From assembly GCA_963746485.1 (NCBI GenBank), contig CAVVBL010000008.1:8418-72417 (forward strand): a stretch of 64,000 nucleotides of DNA, read 5' to 3'. The first letter of the stretch is position 1, and every line of letters begins with the position of its first letter. Positions 63,903-64,000 of the stretch are shown one piece after another. The position numbers were made by a program, and so were the translations under genes. The notes beneath the pieces are model-generated. The model was given only the letters and a program-made list of their open reading frames with translations. It made no database searches and had not been told where the DNA came from. Source of the stretch: an uncultured Actinomycetota bacterium (GTDB taxonomy: Bacteria > Actinomycetota > Actinomycetes > Streptosporangiales > Streptosporangiaceae).

Positions 63903-64000
63903 ATGGCCGCTGACACACAGACAGACGCCGCGCAGGCCGAGACAGCCGAGCCCGTTGTCCACATTCTGTGGATGAATGGCGGGCTGGGCTGCGACGGGGA
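63903..64000 (+). CDS. [NiFe]-hydrogenase small subunit, 5' end (runs off window)
   Basis: AGGAGG RBS 10 nt before the ATG. MAADTQTDAAQAETAEPVVHILWMNGGLGCDG matches the N-terminal FeS-binding start (hhLWhxxGxxCxG) of hydrogenase small subunits. No twin-arginine signal. Confidence 0.75.
   Translation, partial: MAADTQTDAAQAETAEPVVHILWMNGGLGCDG

Overview
High-GC (about 70%) actinobacterial-type chromosomal segment. Gene calls rest on motifs read directly from the supplied ORF translations; no searches were run.

Layout:
- 1-3.06 kb: core block tmk-holB-PSP1-tRNA-Thr.
- 3.06-9.7 kb: patchy accessory region next to the tRNA. It holds an integrase remnant, gene fragments (HD, GH76, HAD, alpha/beta hydrolase) and a few intact genes (sulfotransferase, MerR, ICMT-like methyltransferase, YCII).
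- 9.7-40 kb: mosaic of small regulator-plus-enzyme or transporter modules. These include TetR/MFS, PadR-DUF1048-ABC, MerR-SDR, LCP, desaturase, fasciclin plus molybdopterin oxidoreductase, a coupled transglutaminase pair with two GAF-ANTAR regulators, Mug, and a UvrD-like helicase.
- 40.5-48.4 kb: tightly packed same-strand gene string of lipoprotein-MFS-serpin-membrane protein-PLP decarboxylase-NIP-like aquaporin-DUF2252, ending in an 87-bp tandem repeat.
- 53.7-64 kb: complete [NiFe]-hydrogenase maturation locus (hypF; hypA-hypB; protease-hypC-hypD-hypE). It carries an extra translationally coupled module (YceI-like, SIS, HypC-like, SIS) and diverges from the start of a Tat-less hydrogenase small subunit at the window edge.

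Two things are most worth following up. First, the non-canonical accessory module and HTH regulator inside the hydrogenase locus. Second, at least six (possibly seven) genes need a single-nucleotide frame change to give a full-length product, two of them in the hyp locus. That means either gene decay or indel-prone sequence.

I found no CRISPR array, rRNA, intact transposase or recognisable defence system.
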